Assembly: GCA_964016885.1 (NCBI GenBank)
Contig: OZ024742.1
Coordinates: forward strand, 100,998,001 to 101,062,000
Direction of reading: 5' to 3'
Origin: Eledone cirrhosa
Lineage: Eukaryota
DNA: 64,000 nt
Shown one piece after another: positions 1 to 10,619 of the stretch (the stretch's first letter is position 1; each line of letters opens with the position of its first letter). The position numbers were made by a program, and so were the translations under genes. The notes beneath the pieces were generated by a model. The model worked only from the letters and a program-made list of their open reading frames with translations. It ran no database searches and was not told where the DNA came from.

Positions 1-47
1 TGGTGGTGGTAGTGGTGGTCGTCGTCGCCGTCGTTGTCATCATCATT
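1..47. repeat. Compound trinucleotide microsatellite (TGG)n/(GTC)n/(CAT)n
   Basis: tggtggtggtagtggtggtcgtcgtcgccgtcgttgtcatcatcat read directly. Confidence 0.85.
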
Positions 48-399
48 AGTATTAATTCTTTGGTTGACAGACTGACCAATAAAATAGTACACAGTTCTCT
101 CCCTTAACATACTGACTAATGGCTGTTAAAGTTGTCTAATCTTTTTTAAAGAACATTTTAAAGAAGTTCCGTAACTGTTATTTTAATGCAGGTACAACAC
201 CAATTTTCCGGCAAATGATGTTCCGCCACCTCTTTTTATCTGGATATATTTATGGGATACATTTCAATTTACCACGGACAGGCATATCAAATTCAAGTTA
301 GAAAGCATTAGCTATATTAAACATTTACGCCATCATATAGTCGCAATGGAGAGAGAATGTTTCCGAGTTGAAACATATACTGGAAAGTCATGTTCTAAT

Positions 400-600
400 C
401 CTCATCATCATCGTCGCCGTTTTATGTCTATTTTCCATGCTAGCATGGGTTAGACATGTTGTCGCATTCTCAGTCTAAATAGGTCAAATGATTGTGTCTT
501 CCTCATACGTACCATTCTTGCATAGTTTCAATGACTGAATACCCTTTCTAATGCCAACCACTTTACTGCATGTACCGAGTTCGTTTTCTCGTGGCATCAG
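400..600 (-). mobile_element. Decayed 3'-end fragment of RTE LINE or RTE-derived SINE
   Basis: (CAT)n followed by ...ttttccatgctagcatgggttagac...ttctaatgccaaccactttac. This matches the 3' UTR and tail of the RTE copy at 13953-14130. Confidence 0.6.
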
Positions 601-1715
601 TAATAAAGAAGAAATAAAAACAAAAAGAGTATATTTTTTTCAGTATTAATCTGCAATTGAATAACGAATACAATGTTTATGTTTTTCTCTATTCTATTTA
701 ATATCTGTTTCCGTATCTCCACTGTGACTAAAACATAAGCAACCAAGTCTTTTTCAGTTTTTTATTCTTTCCTGGTGGTTTCTATAACGTTGAAGCAGAA
801 GAAGAAGAAAATTCAATTCTGCTGAACTGGATTCTTTATTTATCAACCTGATTTAAACTCAGAGTGTAGAGAGCCAAAACAACCACACCAATAAACTCTA
901 TCTAATGCCCTAGTAACACTGTAATTCCACCATCTTAAGATGAGGCAGTTGTCTAATAATAAATTAATATCTAACCAATTATGCCCTTGGTTCCTGCATT
1001 GTTGATTTCCTCCGCTGAGTCGTAAAGATGGTGGCCCACTTGAGAAGGGAACCCCATGAGGTGAGGTAGGTTGTTGCAGTGGGTGTCTCTGGTCATTTTG
1101 TCTATGGGGCACTGCTAAGGCACTCCTCAGGCTGGGATGTAGTGACTGTCCCTTCCATTCTCACTTTCTTTCGTTGCTTGATCCTTCTTTCTTTTTCTCC
1201 TTTTCATTTTCTTTTTTTCTTCCACCAGTACAATCAGACTATAATTCTTGAAGCAATATTTGTTGTTGTTTTTTTTCCTTTTAGCATTTAAACTGGCTGT
1301 ATCCAGCCAGAATTCTCTCATCTCTTTCTGTTCAAACCAACCATAATCAGCTGCTCATACATATGTTAAGGTTTTTTTTCTCAAAATAGATATCAAAATC
1401 TCGTAGATTTGATATTACGTGAGATATTTATGTGAAATAAAGTGTTTACTGCGAAAATACAATACTAAATATAGAGTAAAGTAAATGCTAAAGGGTTAAT
1501 CTAAGAGGAAATAAATATAGACACTATATTCATTATATTTTTTTATTTTATAATTTAAAGAATCATTTTGCTTTAATTTGTCTTACATTATTATGTACCC
1601 TCACTAAACTCAAGTTCCAAACAATAAATATTTTTAGATTTTTTTCAGGAATTTTTATCCAACCAGTTGATGCATTTACTGAAAAATAATAGTCATTAAA
1701 ATATAACCAGACTAC

Positions 1716-1937
1716 TTTTCAACCAAGTTGACAAAGCTAGTCTTAGCACAGTTCAGAAAGTAGGTGGTGGTGGTGGAGTGACCAATTTTTGACCAAGTTG
1801 ACCAAGCTAGACTTAGGACAGTTCAGTAAGTAAGGTGGGGGTGTGACCACTTTTCAACCAAGTTGACCAAGTAGGTAGTGGAGAGTGGGGTGACCATTTT
1901 TCAACCAATTTCACCAAGCTAAACTTAGCAGTTCAGC
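1716..1937. repeat. Degenerate minisatellite, about 45-70 bp unit, about 3.5 copies
   Basis: Repeated ttttcaaccaagttgaccaagctagncttagcacagttcag...ggtgg...gtgacca blocks. Confidence 0.8.
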
Positions 1938-2229
1938 AATTGTAGGCAAATTCATCAAAAGTACAGGTGCTCTATTATCTTTGGTATTCCAATTACTACT
2001 GCCAGTATATGTCAGAATACACCAGGATATGCAAAGGTACTGGGTTTATGATATAGTATCTATGGACTCACAACTCCTGGTAGATTCATTAGGGCTGCCA
2101 TAGTGATATATGATGCTTCTTGGGCATTTTAGACCTGGCTGAGCCAATCCCCTCTCTAGGTTTGAACAGTCAATTTCTTCCAGTAAAGGAATGTGATAGA
2201 GAAAAAGTGTTAAAGTGATATAGAGGAAG

Positions 2230-2390
2230 AATTGACTCCAGTACACGACTGGTACTTTTTTTTATCTCCCTTGAAAGGATGAAAGGCAAAGTTGATCTCG
2301 GTGAGATTTAAGCTCAAAGCATAGAGAACCAGAGTGAATACTGCAAAGCATCCTATCCAACATTCTAAAGACTACCAATTTACCATCTTT
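2230..2390 (-). mobile_element. Decayed tRNA-derived SINE (same family as 6901-7093)
   Basis: ccagtacacgactggtact...gaaaggatgaaaggcaaagttgatctcggtgagattt matches the 6901-7093 copy. Confidence 0.7.
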
Positions 2391-3010
2391 CTGATTGTTG
2401 ACAGGAAGCTAATTAAAACACTCATCACTGTAGCCTGATAGTTGGATGCTTGAATAATAATTATTAGAACAATGCTCTAGTCATATAAGCAGTACCCAGT
2501 ACCAAATTTACATATAGGTTACAGCCCAAGTCCTCATAGTCCAAGAGCCCTGCCCTATTTTTAAATATATATCAAAATATATGTTCAAATATAGTTATGA
2601 AATAGGAAATTTTGTTAAAATTTAGTGTATTGTAATTGTTTTTAAATACAATTATTTTTGGTGGGGTGTCACCTCTGTTTTAGAGGTTGGCATGCTGGAA
2701 TCTCAGCATCATTATATGTGAAGGCCTATATTAATGTACTTGTAATTTTCAATAAATGTAAAACTGCAAAGTCACATATTCCAATAAATTATTTGCAAAG
2801 ATGTAAATTTGAAGAACCATCCAAGTCATCATAGTATTTTTTAAAAAAAACAGATAAGGAATAGTTAGAGAAAAACAAAAAAGATGTTAGAATCCAAACA
2901 TTGATAATTTTTGTCATCTTCTTAAGTTTTTTGGTTACTCCATTATTCAATGGACCAACATTTGAGTAATGTCATTAAGACGTCTCTGTCTAGTATTCTT
3001 TTTTCACCAT

Positions 3011-3904
3011 TCAAGATTCACATAACTTCAGCCTATCTGCTAGATCTTCTAGAGTTTTCATGGCTTGGCTGTAATTCTTAGATGCCATTTCCAGAGATTC
3101 TATGATCTTATTTCTATCTTTATCATTACGCCAAAGCTGAGGAGATCTAACTTCATGTTTTGAAGAGCCAACATTTAATGTCTCTGGGTGAATTTCGTGT
3201 GCAAGTTTTCGTGTTCTTACTGAGTCTAAGATCACACTATTCAAAGAATATTCTGGATTACTTAATGAAAGATCTTCCTGTCCCTTAAGTTTTGGGTTAA
3301 CAGGCAACTGATGGGCTAATCTAGAATTCTGAGAGCATGCTTTGTGAACAGGGGCTATAAAAATTCCATCAGAGTTTTTCCTTGAATCTTGTTTCAAGTA
3401 ATATTTGATGAGACTATCCAATTCTTGAGTTTTTGAATTTGATTTCTTTGAAGCTTCAGGGAGATCTTGATCAATATAATTAAATATGAAATTTGACTTT
3501 GATTCCAGAAGTTTATCATTTGATGAGGATTCTAAATCAGAAGGTTTCTTAGAATGGCATTCCTGTTTTTGATCCTTTGCCTTTTCTATAAGAAATGTTT
3601 TCTCTGGTAATGGACTACTTTCTTTCTCAGATAACGATCTAGTTGGAGACGGACTTTGATCAATCTTAGTGTTCTCCTCAGAAGATGACGGAGCCACTAT
3701 GGGGTCCTCTCTTGGTAATGCCTCATTTTCCAGTGGTGTTGTTTCAGTTTTTGGTGAAGTATTTGGTTCCAATTGGGATGTCTGAGAAGTAACTCCTTCT
3801 TTTTCATCAGATTTATTTTCATCCTGGCTAGATTCCATAACTGTATTCTGGTTTAAACTGGTATCTACTTTGTCACTATCTGCATCTGTTTTTAATCCTT
3901 CCAT
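3011..3904 (-). CDS. Uncharacterised S/E/K/P-rich, probably largely disordered protein (about 297 aa) with a possible C-terminal helix or coiled coil; candidate single coding exon
   Basis: Longest non-repeat ORF in the window (open from 3955 to 3011). First ATG at 3904 is in good context (ATTATGG). Strong polypyrimidine acceptor ctttttcttttttttggttttag| opens the exon at 4038. An in-frame TAA at 3956-3958 lies upstream of the ATG. No recognisable domain. Confidence 0.5.
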   Translation of the reverse strand: MEGLKTDADSDKVDTSLNQNTVMESSQDENKSDEKEGVTSQTSQLEPNTSPKTETTPLENEALPREDPIVAPSSSEENTKIDQSPSPTRSLSEKESSPLPEKTFLIEKAKDQKQECHSKKPSDLESSSNDKLLESKSNFIFNYIDQDLPEASKKSNSKTQELDSLIKYYLKQDSRKNSDGIFIAPVHKACSQNSRLAHQLPVNPKLKGQEDLSLSNPEYSLNSVILDSVRTRKLAHEIHPETLNVGSSKHEVRSPQLWRNDKDRNKIIESLEMASKNYSQAMKTLEDLADRLKLCES

Positions 3905-4304
3905 AATGTGTGCTTTCTTTATTATTTCAATTATCAATTCAAGCTGTTTTAAATATTATTTTTCCATTTGGGGAGAGGAGATAGTTCTGGTGTCAATGTT
4001 TTGTTGCTGTTTGTGGTGGTAGTGGTTTTCGTTTAAATCTAAAACCAAAAAAAGAAAAAGGTACAACAAAAATTCTTAAATTTCACCTCAAATATATTTC
4101 CATTCAAAACTTTTATAAATATCAAATGTCATATTAAAACGTTATACTATGGCATATTATAGGACAAGTCTATTTACTATAGTGTACAATAGGAAAAACT
4201 TAAATACTATAGCATACTATAGAGCAAGCCTATAACACATTATAGGAGAAACATGTACACTATCATATACTATAGGTCAAACCTATAAATTTTAGCTATC
4301 ACTG

Positions 4305-4420
4305 CATCATCCTCATCATCATCATCATAATCATTTTCCATCTAATCTTCCACCTTTCCATGCTGGCATGGGTTGGGTGGGATTTGGAAGGCAGAATTTT
4401 ACAGTCAGATACCCTTCTTG
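4305..4420 (-). mobile_element. Decayed RTE-type 3' tail fragment
   Basis: (CAT)n followed by ...tttccatgctggcatgggttggg, the same motif as 13953-14010. Confidence 0.5.
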
Positions 4421-4811
4421 TCAGTAGTCCTTTTACAGGATACACACAAGCACCAGTATTAAATGAAATTATCACAAAACATATTAGGATGTATTATCAC
4501 TGCTGTTATTTGTTTTTTTTTAATCAACAGTCTCTGATCTGTTAGAAGACCATACAAGTAAAACTGAAAACAAATTGCTGCATATATAAACTAATTAATA
4601 TTACTTAAAAACATGTAGTGGTGGTTAAAATTTATAAATTTTCCCTATAGTATACTATAATATATGTATGGACCTAAATAACTCCTGGTGGAGACTGGGG
4701 CATTTAAACCTGATTGAGTCAATCTTCATCCAGGTCTGAACACAGTTGATTTCTTTCAGAGAAGAAGAGAGAGTGAGAGAGAGGAAATGAAAAAGAGATA
4801 CAGAAGAAGAA

Positions 4812-4955
4812 TCGACCTCAGTACTTCTTTTATCAATATTGAAAAGATGAAAGGTACAGTCAATCTCAGTGCGATTTGAATTCAGAGTACAGAGAGCTGG
4901 AACAAATACTTCAAAGTAATCTATTTGATGTTCTAATAACTCTACTAATTTACCA
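4812..4955 (-). mobile_element. Decayed tRNA-derived SINE (6901-7093 family)
   Basis: gtacttcttttatcaatattgaaaagatgaaaggtacagtcaatctcagtgcgatttgaattcagag. Confidence 0.6.
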
Positions 4956-5061
4956 TTTTACTCTAGTATATAGGTTTGTGTTATAGTATACTATAGTAGA
5001 TAGGTTTGTGTTATAGTATTAAAAAGAAAAATTGTCAGTAATTTATTTTAAAATATGATAA

Positions 5062-5465
5062 TCAAGGAAGGGTATCCAGCCATAGAAGCCATGCCAAAAA
5101 TGGGCTCAGAGGTCTCTTCAGTTACTGTACCACAACTTCTGTAGTGTTAGTGTCACGAAAAATTTACTCAGTACACACTGTAAAGTGGATGGTGATAAGA
5201 AGGTCATCCAACCATACAAAACTTTCCAAACATAGATTTGAGAGTACTCTTCAATTATGTCTAAAACATAAAAACTTCCCTAATGTTGGTGCTTTGATAA
5301 AACGTATGCAGTACCTTCTGTAAAGCAGTTGGTGATATGAATTGCATCTAACCATAGAAAACTTGCCAAACATAGAGTTAAGAGAATTCTTCAGTTGTGC
5401 CGAAGGCGTGATGGTCACACTAGGGCTTGTTTCACAATGAAATGCACCCAGTGTACTCTGTAGTA
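5062..5465 (+). repeat. Degenerate about 140-bp tandem of RTE 3'-UTR/SINE-like fragments
   Basis: 3-4 copies of cagtacactctgtaaagtggttggtg.taagaagggcatccagccatagaaa, the reverse complement of the RTE 3' UTR at about 14070-14120. Confidence 0.55.
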
Positions 5466-5654
5466 CACAGGAGCATATGAAAGCTATATCTGACCCTCTG
5501 CCTGTCTGATGGGTCAGTAGCTCTGATTAAGTTCTGTGATGGCATGTACAACTCTTGCTAGCAAGGAGAACACACAGTTTTGTTACAAATTAGTGAAGAA
5601 ACCAAATATTACTTATTTCCAATGTTAAAAAAATGGGTTTTGTTATAGTGAAAA

Positions 5655-7530
5655 TATAATAATGAAAAATAATGAAAATTATTGTGTACAGTGCTCAGAT
5701 ACACTACAAGTCATCAGAAAAGGTACCAAAAGTGCATGCATAATACATAGAATAATATACAAAAGTCAGGAAAGTGATCAGTGTATGAGTCATCACACGC
5801 ACACACACATGTGTATGTGTATGTGTGGAGGGGGAATATCAGGTGTAGTGTTGGCGAATTTTGGGAAGCATGGACATTTTGAAGGATGCAGTGTTCTGAC
5901 AGCTAACAACTGATGTAAGTAGTTTGTTTCATGCTTCAGCAACTCTGAGCATGAAAAAATGTTTCCGAAAGTCATATACTGTTTTATGATTTTGTAAGCA
6001 TGTCCACAGGTGTTAGACATATGGAATTCAAAAAAGTACCCAAGGTTGTTGTTGGAAAGATGGTTAATAATCTTGTAGGTGTTTACCAAGTCAGTTGCCA
6101 GACGTCAGAGAATTAATGTATCCATGCCCAGGGAAGCAAAGTGTTCAGAGTATGGTAGATGCCTGGTGGAGGGTATTCGTTTGGTTCCACGTCTCTGAAT
6201 AGTTTCCATATCAATATTCTGAGCAAGATAGGGGTTCGAGACTGGTGACGTACATTCTAAGTGTGGCCACACCATAGCTATATACAGCTTTAAATAGATA
6301 GCTGTAGAGCGACTGACAAAGATCTTACTGAGTGATGCTAAGACACCCTTGGCCTTATTGACAAATTTAGAAATGTGTCTTGTCCAACACAAATCGCTGT
6401 TGACAATAATGCATAGGTCATGTTCACAAGAAAACATCTTGAGATTGGTGTATGTGAAAGCTGGGTTTTCCTCCCAAAATGGATGGTGGTACATTTGTCC
6501 ACAGCCAGCTTGAGTTGCCAGTCCATAATCCATTGCTGCATTGTGTCTAGGTCTGATTGCAGGAAAGATCTATAGCGTACAGGATCTGTCCTTTTTATTT
6601 CAAGGTACAGCTTGATGTCATCTGCATATTTCAGCACTGTAGCATTCTTCAAGTTTGCATCTAAATCATTAATATATGCAACAAACAAAAGGAGACCAAG
6701 ATAGATCCTTGTGGTAGACCAGATGTCATCTCATAGGGGGAAGAATGCTGTCCTAGAACTATAACTACCTCTTTTTGACTGAGAATGAAGGACTTCAACC
6801 AGTTATAAAGATCATCTCTCACACCCATTGCAGGGAGTTTTACCACAAATCGTTTGTGTGGCACAGAATTAAAAGCTTTAGCAAAGTCAAGATAAATAAC
6901 TGTTTCTACTTTTGGCACAAGGCCAGCAATTACCCAGTACATTACTGGTACTTTATTTTATCGACCCTGTAAGGATGAAAGGCAAAGTTAACCTCGGCGG
7001 GATTTGAACTCAGATCATAAAGGGAGGTAACTCTATGCTTCAAAGCAAGGCGTCCGGCTCTCTACCGATACTGCCAATCCACCGCCATAATCAAAAGTCA
7101 AGATAAATAACATCCACCAATGAGCCACCATCAGTGATTCAGGTAATGTCTTCAAGACACTCTATGAATGAGTCACAGCAGCTGGAGTTAGGAATAAATC
7201 CAAATTGCAAGGATCAGATAAGGATGTGAGAGTTCCAGAAGTTCCAGAGTGTTTCTCTGATATGGGACTCCATCAGTTTGGCGATGCAGCTAGTAAGACT
7301 GACTGAACGATAGTTGAGAGGCGACGTGAGATCACCGTTTTTGAACAGAGGAATGACACTGGCAGTTTTCCACTTCTCTGGGGTAATACCATTGTTAAGG
7401 CAGAATTGAAAGAAGAGTGAAAGCTTGTGCAAAAGAAAGAACCCACCATGTTTGAGAAGTAGATACTTAACACCATCAAGAGCAGGAGAGGCATAGTTGT
7501 GCTTATTCTTGAGGTGGTGTCGCAGCATTG
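5655..7530 (-). mobile_element. 5'-truncated, frameshifted CR1-group (CR1/L2/Jockey-like) LINE reverse transcriptase pseudogene with 3' UTR and (ATT)n-like tail
   Basis: RT motifs in order on the minus strand: WKTASVIPLFKNG, NYRSVSLTS, VDVIYLDFAKAFNSVPHKR, SGLPQGSIL, LKYADDIKLY, MVWPHLE, IQRRGTKRIP, NTYKIINHL...TCGHAYKI. Multiple stops and frameshifts. Confidence 0.93.
6901..7093 (-). mobile_element. Full-length tRNA-derived SINE nested in the CR1-group LINE, with an 18-bp TSD
   Basis: A-box TGGCAGTATCGG and B-box GAGTTCAAATCC on the minus strand. TSD aaagtcaagataaataac at 6883-6900 and 7094-7111. Confidence 0.9.
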
Positions 7531-7689
7531 AAGGTGTAATATATAAGTACAGGGAGAGTGAGAGGAAGAGGGAAAATGAAATGTTATGTGGTTCATACCT
7601 ATTATTCTGTCACACTGCTTACACTGGGAATTAAAATCAAATTTTAGAATAGGAGTTTACCTCCTAATGATGATCATGGTGGTTATAAG

Positions 7690-7965
7690 GAAATATAAGT
7701 GTGGAAATATTTGGAAATGTATATGGATGGAAATATGTGGAAACATGAGTGTGGAAACGTTTGTGGAAAATATGAGTGTGGAAATAAGAGAGTGGAAACA
7801 TGACTGTTAAAATGTCTGGAAATATGAATGTGGAAACGAGTAGAAATGTCTGTAAATATTAGTGTGGAAACGAGTAGAAATGTCTGTAAATATTAGTGTG
7901 GAAATATGTGGAAATCTGATCATGGAAATATTGTATGGAAACATTAAGAAGTATAAGTGAAGGTA
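7690..7965. repeat. Low-complexity (GTGGAAATAT)-like degenerate minisatellite
   Basis: Repeated gtggaaa/atatg motifs, including a tandem duplication of gtggaaacgagtagaaatgtctgtaaatattagt. Confidence 0.75.
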
Positions 7966-7980
7966 AACAGGAATATGAAA

Positions 7981-8067
7981 ATACTTACCACTGCCGCATC
8001 TGTTCACTGACAGCTAATAACCTCGTTGACACTATCTTAAGTGTATTCAATCACTGATTAACTTTAT
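7981..8067 (-). other. Candidate 5'-UTR exon of the 3011-3904 gene (donor after 7989)
   Basis: Consensus donor GTG|GTAAGTAT on the minus strand. The acceptor (aataatcag| at 8068) is weak. Confidence 0.3.
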
Positions 8068-8094
8068 CTGATTATTGTTGAATCTTATGAATGG

Positions 8095-8397
8095 GCTATT
8101 GTTGTCATTGTTGCTGTTGTTGTAGCTATTGCTGTTGTTGTTGTAGTTATAGTTGTTTGTTGTTTATTGGGACATGTTGTTTTAGTAGTTGTTGTTTTGT
8201 TGGTTATAGTTGCACAATTCTAGTCATTATTTGTTGGTATATGCTGTTGTTATTGTTGTTGGTGGCAGTGGTGGTGGTGTTGGAGGTGGTGGTGGTGTGG
8301 TGTTTGTATGGTGGTGGTGGTGGTGGTGGTAGTGGTGTGTGTGGTGTTGGTGTGATGTTGGTGTGGTGGTGGTGTTGTGGTCGTGGTAGTGGTGGTC
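8095..8397. repeat. Compound (TGT)n/(GGT)n microsatellite
   Basis: Direct read. It generates the spurious Cys/Val/Gly ORF 8091-8405. Confidence 0.9.
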
Positions 8398-9104
8398 AGC
8401 TCTGATTAGCTAGAACTATAATCAAAAGCTGTGACTCTACCCAATTCTTTTTTCAGTCATGGTATATCTAAACACAACATAATCTTTTACCATGGTAGTG
8501 TGAGAAATGAGGGAGATTTAACTGTTATTTCTTATGGGGCAAGTGACCAGGTAAAAGACTCACCTCCTTGTTGACATGCGTTGTTTCATTTGTTTAGCCC
8601 AAATCAATCCAGATTCAGAAGGCACATGATCAAAGACAATCCAATCATGACCATCTCAACCTATTCTCAGACACTGTGTATATATAAGGTTATATTATAC
8701 AAGATAACCTTAGTATATGGGATAGCGGGGAGTGAATTGAGGGAGATTGGCTGTTATTTCTAAGTGCTCTATGCTGCTGTTATTGTGGGAATGTGGTTCA
8801 TAAAATTGTGTTGATCATACAGTTGTTGTTTTTGTTTTTGTTGATATTGCTGTTTTTTAGCCCCAGGTGAACCTGATGGAGCAAACAAACTTATGTGTAA
8901 ATGGCATTCCAGGCGTGACCACCTGTTTTTTAAAGTCTATGTCGATAACTATAGTATGCAAAATGTCATTTCCTTATGCAAGACAATGGGGTGCGATTAA
9001 TGTGAGGAAGATTTGGCTGTTGTTTCTAGCATCTCAAGCGATGACATCCTAGAAGCTATAGTTTCTTGGTGTTTATAGCAGTTGTGACTGTAATATATGA
9101 CGTT

Positions 9105-9225
9105 ACTCACCACGACGACGACGGCGACGACGTGAATGGAATGCGTTTAACTGTTTAGTAGCCATGGTTACAGGGAGACAACTCTCACTAAAAGCGCTCC
9201 CGATCAATGTGTTGTTAATGGCAAC
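9105..9225 (-). promoter_or_regulatory. Candidate promoter and first exon: CpG-rich exon with GTG|GTGAGT donor and two RFX X-box-like palindromes
   Basis: Donor GT at 9110-9109 (minus). CpG-rich (CGA)n at 9111-9133. GTAGCCATGGTTAC at 9158-9171 and GTTGTTAATGGCAAC at 9211-9225, against X-box consensus GTTRCCATGGYAAC. Confidence 0.4.
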
Positions 9226-9295
9226 ATTGATAAACACATAAGTAGAGCAAGTTTTTTCGGTTCGATATTAATATATAAATGTGTTGGATTTATTA

Positions 9296-9481
9296 TGAAT
9301 AATAATGAAATTATTGTGTAAAGTGCTCAGGTGCACTACAACTCTTCAAAGGTGCATGTACAGTACATAGAATAATACACAAATGTCAGGGAAGTGAATA
9401 GTGTATGAGTCATGATATACATGTGTGTATGTGTATGGAGGGGGAACATTAGGTGTAGTGTTGGCGAATCTCGGGAAGCAT
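9296..9481 (-). mobile_element. Short 5'-truncated copy of the CR1-group LINE 3' end
   Basis: Matches 5660-5872 (aataatgaaattattgtgta.agtgctcag...ggtgtagtgttggcgaat.t.gggaagcat). Confidence 0.85.
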
Positions 9482-9514
9482 TATTATCATCATTATCCTT
9501 TAAGTATTGATATA

Positions 9515-9600
9515 GTTGTTTCTACTTTTGGCACAAGGCCAGCAATTAACCAGTACATTACTGGTACTTTATTTTATCGACCCCGTAAGGATGAAAGTTC
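9515..9600 (-). mobile_element. 5'-truncated tRNA-SINE copy with a 20-bp TSD
   Basis: Near-identical to 6901-6981. TSD atcctttaagtattgatata at 9495-9514 and 9601-9620. Confidence 0.85.
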
Positions 9601-9699
9601 ATCCTTTAAGTATTGATATAATGTGTACCAGTAATATACTGATGGTCGATCGATCCAATCGATTACACCTTCGTAAAACCGGCTATTTATTTACGCCCA

Positions 9700-9933
9700 C
9701 ATACAAACATGCACTCGTACACATACAACAGACACACACAAACACATATACACACATGCAAGCACAAACACACACATATAATGTTCAAAGATATTACATG
9801 AAAAAAAAAGAATAATTAATACAGGGAAGTATACATGTATATGTGTATATGTCTCTGTGTATGCATGTATGTGTATATATGTATGTATGTAAGTATGTAT
9901 ATATGTATGAATATATGTATGTATGTGTGTATG
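9700..9933. repeat. (CA)n-like and (TATG)n-like microsatellites
   Basis: Direct read. Confidence 0.85.
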
Positions 9934-10619
9934 TTAGCCTTTGTCAAGGCAGAATTCTAGGAGAAGGAAAACTCTGATATAACACCTGCAACCCTGATGG
10001 TATCCAATGATGTTGACTTGTTCTTCTTTTTGGTAAATATCATCTTGGTTAAGAGAGTGGGACTGGCTTTGTGCAGTGCCTTTGCTCACTATAAAAGCTT
10101 CACAACACAGGCATTGCTTTATATCTGGAGATCTCTCTGCACTTGTCATCACATGGTACCATGGGCCCAGCACTATGTGTCAATAATTGTCACAAGTGTA
10201 GTGTTTGTACCAGAGTTTTCAAGTCGCTGGCTGGACTAAAAAGTCACACTCGTTCAGCGCATCGGTAGGGGTTCTCCTACATGGATATAAAGTAGTGGCC
10301 GTACTCGAAAACGAGTTGGCAGCCACCATGTGTGTATGTATCTTTGGTTATTGTTTCTTGTAGATCGACTGATCACTTAGATGCGACTAATCTGGAACTC
10401 GATTTAATACGCTTTCTTCTCATTTGAAGGCGGAGTTTATGCATGGTAGCTAAATCTGTTAGAAATAGCAGCCAAACCATATTCTGAAGTGTTTTTGACA
10501 AGAGTCATTCCAACCATATTTTTTTTAAGGGTATATTGAATACTGACAAATAATTACATTTGGAAGAAAGCGCATGACATTGAATGCTTAAATGAGAGGA
10601 AAAGGCTAGGAGTGTTAAG

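Noticed and set aside
192-453. Possible plus-strand exon after ttttaatgcag|
   Set aside because: The open frame runs into a repeat-derived tail, with no recognisable protein motif or convincing donor.
800-1350. Purine-rich, coding-looking minus-strand segment (ADYGWFEQKEMREFWLD...)
   Set aside because: All frames are interrupted by stops, and there is no clear acceptor or recognisable homology. It could be a decayed exon but cannot be supported.
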